DNA from: a virus
Taxonomy: Duplodnaviria; Caudoviricetes
Reading direction: 5' to 3' (one strand)
Virus record (IMG/VR): IMGVR_UViG_3300025713_000650
Span: 1 to 64,000 of that record
Length of the DNA stretch: 64,000 bases
Shown: one piece after another, positions 20,097 through 30,077 of the stretch
Layout: each line of letters begins with the position of its first letter
Position numbering within the stretch: position 1 is the first letter of the stretch
The notes under the pieces: generated by a model
The model's database searches: none
The model's input: only the letters and a program-made list of their open reading frames with translations
What the model was told of the DNA's origin: nothing
Program-made: the position numbers and the translations under genes

Positions 20097-20489
20097 TTAG
20101 TTAAATTTTAGAAAATTGAATGTTTCAAATGTATCATCATTAAAATAGTAAATCAAAATTTTTAATCCTTTGTTTTTTGCTTTTTCAATCATATCTCCGG
20201 TTCCTTTACTAATATCATCCCATAAGGCAATAAGAGCATCTGCATAATTAGCCATTTGTAAATTTCTAATAGGCCCTGCAGAATTTCCATATTTATTCCA
20301 ATCTGCAGGAAAAGATTTAATTGGTATTTTATTTTCTCTTGCCCATCTTTCACCTAATGTGTCGACACCTTTAGCTTTTCCACTAACAATTTCCGTTATA
20401 TTTTTTTCTAGATCTGGATATAATAAAAATACTTTTAAAAGCTTGTTGTAATCATTAAAGTTTCTTGGACCTGCAATTATAGTCTTCAC
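20097..20489 (-). CDS. SLOG family (YspA/DUF2493-like) protein
   Basis: IIAGPRNF, IVSGKAKGVD, ADWNKYGNSAGPIRN, SKGT. Confidence 0.85.
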   Translation of the reverse strand: MKTIIAGPRNFNDYNKLLKVFLLYPDLEKNITEIVSGKAKGVDTLGERWARENKIPIKSFPADWNKYGNSAGPIRNLQMANYADALIALWDDISKGTGDMIEKAKNKGLKILIYYFNDDTFETFNFLKFN

Positions 20490-20782
20490 TTTAATTGTTT
20501 TAAAACCTCTTCCCTTTTTGTATTGATGATATTTAATGAATCATCTAATTTTTTTTGAAGTTTTGTTTTTTCTTCAGAAATTTGAATTAAAAATTTATTT
20601 AATTTTTCTTCTTGTTTTTTTTCATCTATTAACTCAGAAGATAATTTATCAAATGTTTTGCTTTTCTCAATTAAATTTTTATCTTTTTTTACAATTTTAT
20701 ATACCCCATTCATTAATTTATTTATGAATGTTTCTTTTGTTTCATTCTTTCTTATGAACTTCTTATAATCAATTACATCCAT
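20486..20782 (-). CDS. hypothetical coiled-coil protein
   Basis: ORF overlapping the next start. Confidence 0.55.
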   Translation of the reverse strand: MDVIDYKKFIRKNETKETFINKLMNGVYKIVKKDKNLIEKSKTFDKLSSELIDEKKQEEKLNKFLIQISEEKTKLQKKLDDSLNIINTKREEVLKQLK

Positions 20783-20798
20783 ATTTTTAAATCCTTTT

Positions 20799-20893
20799 GT
20801 GAACTGTCTCCCGCTTTGAGAAGCGGGAGCTTTCTAGTCAATATCTCTACTGAGACAAGTTTACCTAGTCTTACAAGGCCGTTCCGGCCTCTT
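20799..20893 (-). mobile_element. 95-bp IS605/TnpB right-end (omegaRNA-scaffold-like) element, copy 1
   Basis: Two mismatches to 27060-27154; terminal hairpin CTCCCGCTT..AAGCGGGAG then GTTCAC; preceded by TTTAA. Confidence 0.65.
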
Positions 20894-20909
20894 TTAAAAA
20901 AATATTTTT

Positions 20910-21323
20910 TTATCTTAAATTTTTTTTAGTGATCTTTTCTAAAATTTTTTTAAGTAAAGATTTCTTTGTTTTTGTGTTTGTTTTTTTCTTTGGACTTAAA
21001 ATCATAAGTTCTTTAACACTCATTGATGTTGAAATTTTATACATATGAATATCATCACTATAAAACTTTTCAAATTCTAGACATCTTTCTATAATATTTT
21101 TAGCATCTTTTCTTAAAATAGGAAGAGAATTTTTTTGTGTTATTAATGCTGTAAAAGCTCTTTCATATGCAATACTTCTTCCTTTCTTTTTAATTGGATA
21201 ATCCATATCTGAACAAATTGAAACACCTTTACCGAACATATTGTTTGCTTTATCTCTTAAAAGACAAATTGTTACTATAGGTCTATTCTCTTTGTCACGA
21301 AGATAAACAAATTTTTTAATCAT
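20910..21323 (-). CDS. hypothetical protein
   Basis: ORF with AGGAG RBS. Confidence 0.6.
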   Translation of the reverse strand: MIKKFVYLRDKENRPIVTICLLRDKANNMFGKGVSICSDMDYPIKKKGRSIAYERAFTALITQKNSLPILRKDAKNIIERCLEFEKFYSDDIHMYKISTSMSVKELMILSPKKKTNTKTKKSLLKKILEKITKKNLR

Positions 21324-21436
21324 TATAAATTCTCCTTTTTTAGTTTTATTTTTCTTAAAGACTTACAATTTTCACAAATTGTTTCTTCTTTACCCTCAGA
21401 TTCAAAGATTTTAAAGCATATAGAACATGTTTTCAA
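21323..21436 (-). CDS. 37-aa zinc-finger-like peptide (not in ORF track)
   Basis: MKTCSICFKIFESEGKEETICENCK...; stop overlaps the next ATG. Confidence 0.45.
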   Translation of the reverse strand: MKTCSICFKIFESEGKEETICENCKSLRKIKLKKENL

Positions 21437-21450
21437 TATTTTCACTCTCT

Positions 21451-22587
21451 TTACTCCTTTTTATTTTTTCTGAATTTTTCAACACATTCTGCTATTATTG
21501 GTATTGCTTTATCAATTTCTTCTCTTGTGTTATATTTTCCAAGGCTTATTCTAATTGTCTCATTTGCTTTTTCTTCTGATAATCCTATTGCTTTTAAAAC
21601 ATGAGAAGATCTATGTGAATTACTATGACATGCAGATGAAGCCGAGACCATTATTTTATGATAATTTAATAAAATAACAAATCCTAAATTATCTCTAATA
21701 CCATTAAATGTAATACTTATTGTTCCGGATAAACTATTTTTAAGAAAAATATTAAATGAAATATTTTTAATCTTTTTTGCAATTTGTCTTATAAGATAAC
21801 CTCTTAATTGATTTAGTTTCTTATGTTCATTTTGATGTTCTTTTATTCTTAATTCAACAGCTTTTCCAAATCCGATAATACCTAGTGTATTTTCAGTGCC
21901 GGCTCTTAAATTATTTTCTTGATCTCCACCATGAATTAAATTTTCAAAAGGTACATTTCTTTTTTTATATATAGCACCTATTCCTTTAGGTCCATATATT
22001 TTATGAGATGTAAATGTCATATAATCAATATTTAAATCTTTTACATCAATTGGTATTTTTCCAAATGCTTGAACCGCATCAACATGTAATAAACAACCAT
22101 TATTATGAACAATTTCAGAAATCTTTTTTATATCTTGAATAATACCTATTTCGTTATTTGCAAAAATAATAGAGACTAATGATCCTTGATTATTTTTTGT
22201 TAATCTTTGTAGATTTTCAATATCTATTAAACCATAATTATCATTTTTAACTTGAATTATTTTTCTACCTTTCTTTTTTAAATATTTACATGTATTAATT
22301 ACACTTGCATGTTCAATCTCAGATGTAATAATTGTTTGAAAATAATCATTCTTAAGAATTGTATTATTCCCTTCAGATGCACCACTATTAAAAATAATTT
22401 CTTCTGAATCACAATTAATAAATGATGCTATAATTTCTTTTGTTTTTTCTAATTCTGATTTTGCTAAATATCCTAATTGATAAAGACTTGATGGATTACC
22501 ATAATTATTTAATTCTTTTAGCATTTCAGATTTAACACGATTGTCTAATCTAGTTGTTGCATTATTATCCCAATAAATATAATCCAT
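21451..22587 (-). CDS. iscS: cysteine desulfurase (IscS/NifS family)
   Basis: YWDNNATT, HVDAVQAFGK, SHKIYGPKG (PLP Lys), SASSAC (catalytic Cys). Confidence 0.9.
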   Translation of the reverse strand: MDYIYWDNNATTRLDNRVKSEMLKELNNYGNPSSLYQLGYLAKSELEKTKEIIASFINCDSEEIIFNSGASEGNNTILKNDYFQTIITSEIEHASVINTCKYLKKKGRKIIQVKNDNYGLIDIENLQRLTKNNQGSLVSIIFANNEIGIIQDIKKISEIVHNNGCLLHVDAVQAFGKIPIDVKDLNIDYMTFTSHKIYGPKGIGAIYKKRNVPFENLIHGGDQENNLRAGTENTLGIIGFGKAVELRIKEHQNEHKKLNQLRGYLIRQIAKKIKNISFNIFLKNSLSGTISITFNGIRDNLGFVILLNYHKIMVSASSACHSNSHRSSHVLKAIGLSEEKANETIRISLGKYNTREEIDKAIPIIAECVEKFRKNKKE

Positions 22588-22670
22588 AAAAAAATCTCCT
22601 GTTTAAATTAAAATTTTTCTGTATTGATTGATACGTTATTATATAAATATATTTCTCCTTTCTTTTATTT

Positions 22671-22691
22671 TTCATTAATTAATATATATAG
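22671..22691 (-). promoter_or_regulatory. promoter-like motif A
   Basis: CTATATATATTAATTAATGAA upstream of the iscS operon. Confidence 0.7.
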
Positions 22692-22740
22692 AAAAATTAA
22701 TTCAAAAAATAAAAAAATTCAATAAAATTATAAGAAATTT

Positions 22741-22749
22741 CAGAACAAA
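22741..22749 (+). promoter_or_regulatory. promoter-like motif B (YAGAACAAA)
   Basis: Recurring intergenic motif upstream of gene blocks. Confidence 0.45.
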
Positions 22750-22781
22750 TTTAAAATAAACATATATAGGAATTATTTAAA

Positions 22782-23348
22782 ATGGAAAATGAAATTAAAG
22801 ATTTTATTGTTAAACCATGTGATATATTTTTTACAAGAGGTGAAAATTTTTTTAGTAAAGCTATAAGAGTTTTTGGAATAGGTAATGATCGAAAAGCAAA
22901 AATAAATCATGTTGGTATTGTTGTTGAAGAAGGTCCTATATATAAAGCAAATGCTATTGAAGCACTTACTAAAGTTAAAAAACATACAATTTTTACACAA
23001 TATCATAATTCACCTAATAAAGTTGCTATTTTCAGACCACTGAATTTAACAAAAGATGATAGTGATAAGATTGTTGAAAAAGCTTTATCATATGAAAATC
23101 TTGATTATGGTTATTTAAAAATAGTAACTCATTTTTTAGATTTTTTTACTGGTGGTAATTATATTTTTAGAAGAATTACAAATAATGATGATTATCCAAT
23201 ATGTAGCTGGATTGTTGCACATGCATATAAAGTTGCTGATAAACATTTTGGTTGTGAACCCGGTATGGCAAACCCAGATCATATTTGGGATTTTTGTATA
23301 AATAATACTAAAAAATATTCTAATGTCTTAAAACTTCAGAGGATTTAA
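22782..23348 (+). CDS. permuted papain-like amidase/peptidase, paralog of 9810..10409
   Basis: PCDIFFTRG...HVGI...YPICSWIVAHAY. Confidence 0.7.
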   Translation: MENEIKDFIVKPCDIFFTRGENFFSKAIRVFGIGNDRKAKINHVGIVVEEGPIYKANAIEALTKVKKHTIFTQYHNSPNKVAIFRPLNLTKDDSDKIVEKALSYENLDYGYLKIVTHFLDFFTGGNYIFRRITNNDDYPICSWIVAHAYKVADKHFGCEPGMANPDHIWDFCINNTKKYSNVLKLQRI

Positions 23349-24014
23349 ATGTATATATCTTTACAAGAAGGTATAAATAAATATGTTTTTTCATTTATTC
23401 TAACAAGTGGAATTTATGCCTATTCTAAATATCTTCGTAGAAAATATTTAATTGATAAAATTCAAAAAATAGTATCTAGTGAAGTAGATGAATTTTTAAA
23501 TAAGAATAAAAATATATATGACAAAAAAATATTTAATGAAGTTAATCAATTCTTAAAAATATTTGAAAAATATCCTATACAACTTATTAATGTTTTTAAA
23601 ACTGAAGAATATTATAACATTTTTAATTCTAAAAAATATTCGGATTATTTTATATATTTTATTAAAAAAATCCTTGAAGAAAAATCTAAAAAAATAAGTA
23701 AAAAGAAAAATTATAAACAAATTGATTCTTGTTTTTATAGTGACATAAAACCAAATTTTATATTGACTGATAAAAATATTATTGATGAAGAAATATTTTT
23801 AAAAGATATAAACACAATATTTGAAAATGAATTAGGAAGAGGAAGAGGAAAAGTTTTTGTATATAAAACTGTTTATGAAATTCTTTTAGAAATAAATAAA
23901 TCAAATAAAAGAATATTAAAAATTATTGATCCTGTTTTAAAAAAAATTGATTCAATTATTATTAATGTTTTTAGAAAACAAATTGATACCATTAAAGAAA
24001 ATTATTCTATATGA
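23349..24014 (+). CDS. hypothetical protein
   Basis: 221-aa ORF in operon. Confidence 0.55.
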   Translation: MYISLQEGINKYVFSFILTSGIYAYSKYLRRKYLIDKIQKIVSSEVDEFLNKNKNIYDKKIFNEVNQFLKIFEKYPIQLINVFKTEEYYNIFNSKKYSDYFIYFIKKILEEKSKKISKKKNYKQIDSCFYSDIKPNFILTDKNIIDEEIFLKDINTIFENELGRGRGKVFVYKTVYEILLEINKSNKRILKIIDPVLKKIDSIIINVFRKQIDTIKENYSI

Positions 24015-24385
24015 ATAGAACAAAAAACAAAGAAATAATTATTTTAAAAAAATTGAAAGACATAAGAGGAAAAATATTAATATCAGTTTTTGATGATACT
24101 ACTACATTAGGACTTTTTGTTGGTAAAGAACGTTTTATTTATTCTTTTTCAAATTTTTTAAAATTACAAAAAAGAGATAAAATTAAGATTTCAGCTTGTT
24201 CATATAAAAAATTATTATTTGAATGTAGTAAAAAAGAAGTATTTACGGGTATTTCTTCTTTTAAAGGTTATAAGAATGATTCTTATCCTGAAACATTTTT
24301 TATAACATTTGAATCAAAAATTTTTCCCGGTATTTGGAAGATTACTTCTGAAGATGGAAAAATATTTTTGACTAAAATTAGATAA
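24011..24385 (+). CDS. hypothetical protein
   Basis: 124-aa ORF. Confidence 0.5.
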   Translation: MNRTKNKEIIILKKLKDIRGKILISVFDDTTTLGLFVGKERFIYSFSNFLKLQKRDKIKISACSYKKLLFECSKKEVFTGISSFKGYKNDSYPETFFITFESKIFPGIWKITSEDGKIFLTKIR

Positions 24386-24514
24386 TTTTTCAACCCACAA
24401 AATTGATTAGATAAATTCTATTGATTATAATTTTTCTAGAACAAAAAATAAATTACTTTCCAATAGTTTAACTTGATTAATTAAATTCAAGGAGATTGTG
24501 GGTAAAAAAACAAA

Positions 24515-24805
24515 ATGTCTAATTTTAAAAATTTAGCAAAAAAATTATTACATGAGATTAATTCTGATGATTTATCATTTATTGATTCAATGGTTGAACT
24601 ATATGAACAACTTGAGAATAAAAACGAACCTGATAAAGATGAACTTTATCTAATTTCTGCATTAAGTCAAACAATCGAAAAAATAAAAATCTTAGAATCC
24701 TTTCTAAAAGAATTTTCAAAAAATAACAAACTCTCCTCAAACAAATTACAAGATTTATACGATAAGATCGAAGGATATGGTTCATCTAAATTTTATAATT
24801 ATTAA
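24515..24805 (+). CDS. hypothetical protein
   Basis: 96-aa ORF after motif B (24437-24445). Confidence 0.55.
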   Translation: MSNFKNLAKKLLHEINSDDLSFIDSMVELYEQLENKNEPDKDELYLISALSQTIEKIKILESFLKEFSKNNKLSSNKLQDLYDKIEGYGSSKFYNY

Positions 24806-24827
24806 AAATAACTTAAGGTAAAAATTA

Positions 24828-25172
24828 ATGCATGATCACGATAAAGTTCAAGAAACACCATTAAGTTATAAAGATTTTACAATTTTAATGGAAGCATATA
24901 AAAATAATGTTGAGTTTACAACGACACTCCTTGAACAACAAAAACAACTTTTCATCCAACAAGAAGAATTACTTGAAATGAATGAGGAAATTAAAAAAAA
25001 TACATTTGATACAAATATAATTTTAGAAAATAAATTTAAAGATATGGCATTTAAAATTCATTGTGCATGGATTGCTTCCTCAACAATTATAATTTCTTTA
25101 ATAGGATTAATATATACAATTACTTCAAAATTTCAAATACTTGAACAAATAGCTATTAAAATATTAGGTTAA
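24828..25172 (+). CDS. coiled-coil protein with C-terminal TM segment
   Basis: Hydrophobic AWIASSTIIISLIGLIYTI. Confidence 0.55.
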   Translation: MHDHDKVQETPLSYKDFTILMEAYKNNVEFTTTLLEQQKQLFIQQEELLEMNEEIKKNTFDTNIILENKFKDMAFKIHCAWIASSTIIISLIGLIYTITSKFQILEQIAIKILG

Positions 25173-25185
25173 TGGGAAAATAAAA

Positions 25186-25725
25186 ATGATAAAAGAAAAG
25201 AAGGAATTGTTTACAAGTTTATGGGATATTATAGATTATTCTATAAGTTATTCATTAGTTCTTGATTCAGAATTAAAAATAAGATTAATTAATTTTACTT
25301 TAGCAAAAGAATTAACAAATGAAGATAGAGATAAGTTAATAGGTAAATCATGGTTAGATTTTGTTGTTGAAAATGATAGACCTTTATTAGAATACGCAAG
25401 AAAATCTCTTTTTGGTGAAGTTAAATTTTATTTTGAAGAGTGTTACAATATTATTTGTAAAGACTCATCTTTAAAAAAAGTAAAATGGATTATGTCCTAT
25501 ATTAATAGCGATTTTAATTCAATTATTTCAATTGGAACACCATTTATTATAGAGAAACGAAACAATATTAGAGAATTATCAAGAACACATTATGAGAATA
25601 TTGTTCTTGCTGATAGAATAAAAATTAGAGTGGCAAAAGAATTAGCTTTGAAAAATTCTGAAAGAATAATTTCAAGAAGAATTGCATCTGTTTCTGGTAA
25701 TACTATTTTAAAAGAACAATTATAG
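25186..25725 (+). CDS. PAS-domain-like protein
   Basis: VLDSELKIRLIN...LIGKSWLDFV..NDR...ICKDSS.K.VKW. Confidence 0.6.
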   Translation: MIKEKKELFTSLWDIIDYSISYSLVLDSELKIRLINFTLAKELTNEDRDKLIGKSWLDFVVENDRPLLEYARKSLFGEVKFYFEECYNIICKDSSLKKVKWIMSYINSDFNSIISIGTPFIIEKRNNIRELSRTHYENIVLADRIKIRVAKELALKNSERIISRRIASVSGNTILKEQL

Positions 25726-25775
25726 ATTAAAAAAAAATTAAATTAAAATTTTATCGAAAAGGATTTAAAATTTAA

Positions 25776-26540
25776 ATGGGTAAAAATGCTTTAGCAAATA
25801 AGATTGCATCAGATATTTTATCTAAAGGAATTGGGACTATTAAACCCAATTTTTTAAAATCTATTAAGATTGTTAAATCTAATTTACAATCAAATAATAT
25901 TGATATTACATCTATAGAAAAATTAGCATTAACAACAATTTTATCAAGTAAGAAATTAATATTAAAATTATTTGATGAAAAATTTGATTATGTTTTATGT
26001 TTATTATTAATCAAAAAGATTAATTCTAATATTCTTGTTTATATTAATTCAATAGAAAAAAAAGATCCTTTAATTTCTTTATATATTAGAATCTATTTCT
26101 TTTATTATTGTCTTTTATCAACATTTAGATATGTTCTTAATGAACCACTTATACTTAATATTCCTACTGCGGCTATTTATTTTGTACCACTTATTGATGA
26201 ATTAAGTTTTGTTTCTTCAATGAAAAGTGAAAATAAAGAACTTCCTTTTATTAATATATTTAAATCTTCAAAATTTGCAAGAAAAGTATTAGATGATCTT
26301 TTTATATCTAATAAATTTAAAAGACCATTTTCTATTATAACATTTATATTTGTTATTTATTCAAATATTTTTAATATTATATTTAATGATAATAGAATTC
26401 AAAAAATTTTAAAATCTAAAAAATTTATATCTAAACAAAATGAATTTACTAAAATGTATTTATTATTACTATTTTCAATTTTTATTGATGATATAACATC
26501 AAATGCAACAAAGTTTTCAAAATTTATAAAAAATTTATAG
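25776..26540 (+). CDS. hypothetical hydrophobic protein
   Basis: 254-aa ORF. Confidence 0.55.
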   Translation: MGKNALANKIASDILSKGIGTIKPNFLKSIKIVKSNLQSNNIDITSIEKLALTTILSSKKLILKLFDEKFDYVLCLLLIKKINSNILVYINSIEKKDPLISLYIRIYFFYYCLLSTFRYVLNEPLILNIPTAAIYFVPLIDELSFVSSMKSENKELPFINIFKSSKFARKVLDDLFISNKFKRPFSIITFIFVIYSNIFNIIFNDNRIQKILKSKKFISKQNEFTKMYLLLLFSIFIDDITSNATKFSKFIKNL

Positions 26541-26553
26541 GGGTTTAACTAAA

Positions 26554-27033
26554 ATGAAAAAATCTAAGTTAAAATTAATAAGTTCTTTAATTATTAATGA
26601 ATCAAATATAAATGAATTAGAAAAAAAGGAATTATTTAAATTAGTAGAAAATTCTAGTAAAGAAGATTTAATTAATTTTATTAAAGAGAATCAAACTGTA
26701 TTAAATGAATTAATTACTCCAAAGATTAAATCATTTTTATCTGTTGGTGGTGCTACTACAGGATTTGGAATTCCTTTTGTTATTTACAGAGCGATATTAT
26801 CATTACATGGTAAATGTACTAGAAATTGTGGAAGATTTGAGTATAATACAATTAGACGTCAAGTTTGTATGGTAAGATGTAAAATTGATAAATATGAAAA
26901 AATGTTAGAAGCTGCTAAAAAACATAATGCTTCAAGTAACAATATAAAAGATTTACAAAATAAAATTAATAAATATAAAAAGAAATTAGCTGAATACATG
27001 AGACATGCAAAAAGAAGAGGAACATCGTATTAA
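26554..27033 (+). CDS. hypothetical protein, possibly virion-associated; distantly similar to 46011..46466
   Basis: IINES N-terminus and a Cys/Arg-rich C-terminal half in both. Confidence 0.55.
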   Translation: MKKSKLKLISSLIINESNINELEKKELFKLVENSSKEDLINFIKENQTVLNELITPKIKSFLSVGGATTGFGIPFVIYRAILSLHGKCTRNCGRFEYNTIRRQVCMVRCKIDKYEKMLEAAKKHNASSNNIKDLQNKINKYKKKLAEYMRHAKRRGTSY

Positions 27034-27059
27034 TTGACTAAATAAATTTTCACATTTAA

Positions 27060-27154
27060 AAGAGGCCGGAACGGCCTTGTAAGCCTAGGTAAACTTGTCT
27101 CAGTAGAGATATTGACTAGGAAGCTCCCGCTTCTCAAAGCGGGAGACAGTTCAC
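27060..27154 (+). mobile_element. 95-bp IS605/TnpB right-end (omegaRNA-scaffold-like) element, copy 2
   Basis: Inverted copy of 20799-20893. Confidence 0.65.
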
Positions 27155-27174
27155 ATAATTAGAAAGGAATTACA

Positions 27175-27744
27175 ATGGATTTTAAAGAACGAATTGATGT
27201 TTTGATGAAAGAGAATCTAACAGAAAAAAGTTATAAATTCTATGAGTCATTGAAGTTAATTATTCCTTCAGTATGGGATAGATATACATCATCATCTTTC
27301 AAATATCATCAGAAAGAAGATGGTAGAGTTCCGAGTATAGCTGAACATACATATGAAATGTTATATGCTTGTTCAAAAGTAATAAAATTATTTGAATTTG
27401 AACAAAAAAGTAAAAATTCAGATGTTTTATTTTTATCAATTTTTTTACATGATTCATTTAAGTATGGAATTAAAAATCCTTTAGAAAGAAAACATACAGA
27501 TTCAACACATGATCAAATTATCGGAAATACAATTTTTTCAAATCGAAAAAAGTTTTTAGAAATATTAAATGAAGATCAAATTAATAAATTGGAACACATT
27601 ACTCGATATCATTCTGGTAAATGGAGTACAGATTTTGGAAGAAATGATTCTTTAAAAAATTTAAGTGTTGAGACATTATTTGTACATTTCTTAGATATGC
27701 TTAGTGCAAATAATTGTTTAAAAATACCCAATATTAAGGAATAA
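27175..27744 (+). CDS. HD-domain phosphohydrolase
   Basis: KYH, AEHT, LHDSFK, HSGKW, HFLD. Confidence 0.8.
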   Translation: MDFKERIDVLMKENLTEKSYKFYESLKLIIPSVWDRYTSSSFKYHQKEDGRVPSIAEHTYEMLYACSKVIKLFEFEQKSKNSDVLFLSIFLHDSFKYGIKNPLERKHTDSTHDQIIGNTIFSNRKKFLEILNEDQINKLEHITRYHSGKWSTDFGRNDSLKNLSVETLFVHFLDMLSANNCLKIPNIKE

Positions 27745-27746
27745 AA

Positions 27747-28439
27747 ATGGTAACAAGTACAAGGTTGGTTCCGGATTTACAATTTTACATTAACAAATTC
27801 ATTACAGAATCTACTCTAAATAAAGATTTTGTAAAAATACCAACACAATTAAATGTCTCACTTTTACATGATAATAAATCTTTTATTCGTTTATTATTTG
27901 ATGATGATTGGCCCGAATTTTATTTAAATTATAAATATTTATTTAGACTTGTAGATAGACAATATTATCCAAATCAAATATCTAGACGATTAAATCTTTA
28001 TGCACAAAGCGCACAATATTATAAATGTGATCTAGATAATGATGAATGTCATATAAATTTATTTAGTCTTCAAGATAATGATTTAATGATGCTCGATAGA
28101 TTATTATCTTTTAGAATAAAAAATGATTTTGATTTGTCTGAAATTGAATATGATGAGTTAAACACACCATTATCAAAATTAATTTATATTTATCTTGATT
28201 TTAAAATAAATGAAAGTTTTGAAAAATACAATAATGATATATTAATTAGTGATTTTGCAACATGGGATGATGGATCATTTGGATCTAGAGTTTTTTCAGA
28301 TGAAGGCGAACGTTCTTGGTCAACATTAGAAGAGCAAGCATATAGAGGAATCAAAACATTATGTTATTTCTATGAAATGTATATAATTAATGATTTCTTT
28401 ATACATATATCAAATAGATCTATACGAGGAGAATCATAA
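27747..28439 (+). CDS. hypothetical, likely structural protein
   Basis: Adjacent to a baseplate-like gene. Confidence 0.5.
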   Translation: MVTSTRLVPDLQFYINKFITESTLNKDFVKIPTQLNVSLLHDNKSFIRLLFDDDWPEFYLNYKYLFRLVDRQYYPNQISRRLNLYAQSAQYYKCDLDNDECHINLFSLQDNDLMMLDRLLSFRIKNDFDLSEIEYDELNTPLSKLIYIYLDFKINESFEKYNNDILISDFATWDDGSFGSRVFSDEGERSWSTLEEQAYRGIKTLCYFYEMYIINDFFIHISNRSIRGES

Positions 28440-29969
28440 TTGTTTTCAATAGATGATTTTTTTAATATTTTTAATTATTTAAAAACAGGTGATGATAACA
28501 TACAATTAGATGATACAACTAAAAATATCGCAATTTCAGAAAAAATCAAAATTGAAAAATTTTTTGAAGAAACAATAGATCAAGAAGTCTTTATATCAAA
28601 TGATTATAAGAAATTTAGAAAATTAATAATTGATTGGTATTCTTCTTTTAAGACAATTGTTTATCATATAAAAAATGCATCAGATATTTATTCATTACCC
28701 GAATCTCATATAAATGAATTATTTAAAAGTTTTGGTTTTAATAATACATATATAATTTCTGAAATGAGTCATGGAAATAAAATATCTTTTTTCTATGAAT
28801 TAGTAAATCTTTATAAGATTAAAGGAACACCTCGTGCTTTAGCAAAATTAGTTTCATTTTTAGGTTTACCCGGTGTTGAAATTTCAGAATATTGGCTTCA
28901 ATATGATCAATATAATAATTTAATTTTTAAAAGTGAGAAAATAACATCAACTTCGGGATCAAGAGAATCTTTTAATCAAACAATACCATTTACAATTACT
29001 GAAAATGATCCTCATTGGATTTTAAGTGAACCCCAAATAGTTCAATTATTTAATGAACATAAAATATCTTTCCCTATAAAAGCCCCATATGTTTCAATTA
29101 AACCATTATTTCATTTTTCAGATATCATCCAAGCTCAAATTATAATTTCAAAAAAAATTCATGATGACTATTATCAATGGTCTCTTAATAGATCATTAGA
29201 TAAAAATATTACAATAAAAGATTATGATGAACAAATTTCATTTTTAGAATTATATTTGGCTTGTGTACATCTATTAAAAAATATTTATAATATTGATATG
29301 GGTCAATCAATAGGTAAATTTTTACATTATAATGGAACTAATCAAGATTCTTCTGATATTATTTTAGAATTCAATGAATTAGCAAATTATAGACCTATAT
29401 CAAGACAAGACCAAAAAGAAAAAGTAATTGAATATACAAATTTATTTACTTCTAGTGTTGAAAATAATTTATTAAATGATTCTTCTGCTTTTGAAGTTTT
29501 AGAATTGATAAATCCTTCATTTAAACAACATGTAGAAAATATTATATCTCTTGGAGATGAAATTGTAATTTATTTTATTCAGAAATTTAGTGAAAGTTCT
29601 TCAAGATTAGGTATTTCTTCATTTGCGATTTCAAATTTAATTCTTGATCTTGGTGATTTAACATTTAATTTTATTAAAGAAATTGTTGGATTTTTTAAAC
29701 CATTCAGATCAAGATTATTATTTGATCAAAAAACATTTTTGATTAATTCCCCATTACATGATTCAATTATACTAGAAGATTCAATTGAACAAGAAATAGA
29801 TTTACAATTTGTAAATCATGCTACTGGTGATAGTAAACCTGGATATAATCCAGAAAAAACAGATTTAACATATTATTCAAGACAGACATATGACACTGGA
29901 TCATATTTTGATGCTGGTGTTTGTATGGATAGTTGTGAAGTGACCGTAAACGAAATACAACCTTCCTAA
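28440..29969 (+). CDS. putative baseplate wedge / tail protein
   Basis: LYKIKGTPRAL...VEISEYW and FFKPFRSRL resemble tail protein I / wedge motifs. Confidence 0.55.
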   Translation: MFSIDDFFNIFNYLKTGDDNIQLDDTTKNIAISEKIKIEKFFEETIDQEVFISNDYKKFRKLIIDWYSSFKTIVYHIKNASDIYSLPESHINELFKSFGFNNTYIISEMSHGNKISFFYELVNLYKIKGTPRALAKLVSFLGLPGVEISEYWLQYDQYNNLIFKSEKITSTSGSRESFNQTIPFTITENDPHWILSEPQIVQLFNEHKISFPIKAPYVSIKPLFHFSDIIQAQIIISKKIHDDYYQWSLNRSLDKNITIKDYDEQISFLELYLACVHLLKNIYNIDMGQSIGKFLHYNGTNQDSSDIILEFNELANYRPISRQDQKEKVIEYTNLFTSSVENNLLNDSSAFEVLELINPSFKQHVENIISLGDEIVIYFIQKFSESSSRLGISSFAISNLILDLGDLTFNFIKEIVGFFKPFRSRLLFDQKTFLINSPLHDSIILEDSIEQEIDLQFVNHATGDSKPGYNPEKTDLTYYSRQTYDTGSYFDAGVCMDSCEVTVNEIQPS

Positions 29970-30077
29970 AAAAATTCAAAAAAATCAATTAACTAATCCT
30001 CTATCAATTACCTATTCATCACTATTTACAAAGAATAGAACAAAAAATAAATAAATAATTTGAGGTAATATTAATCT

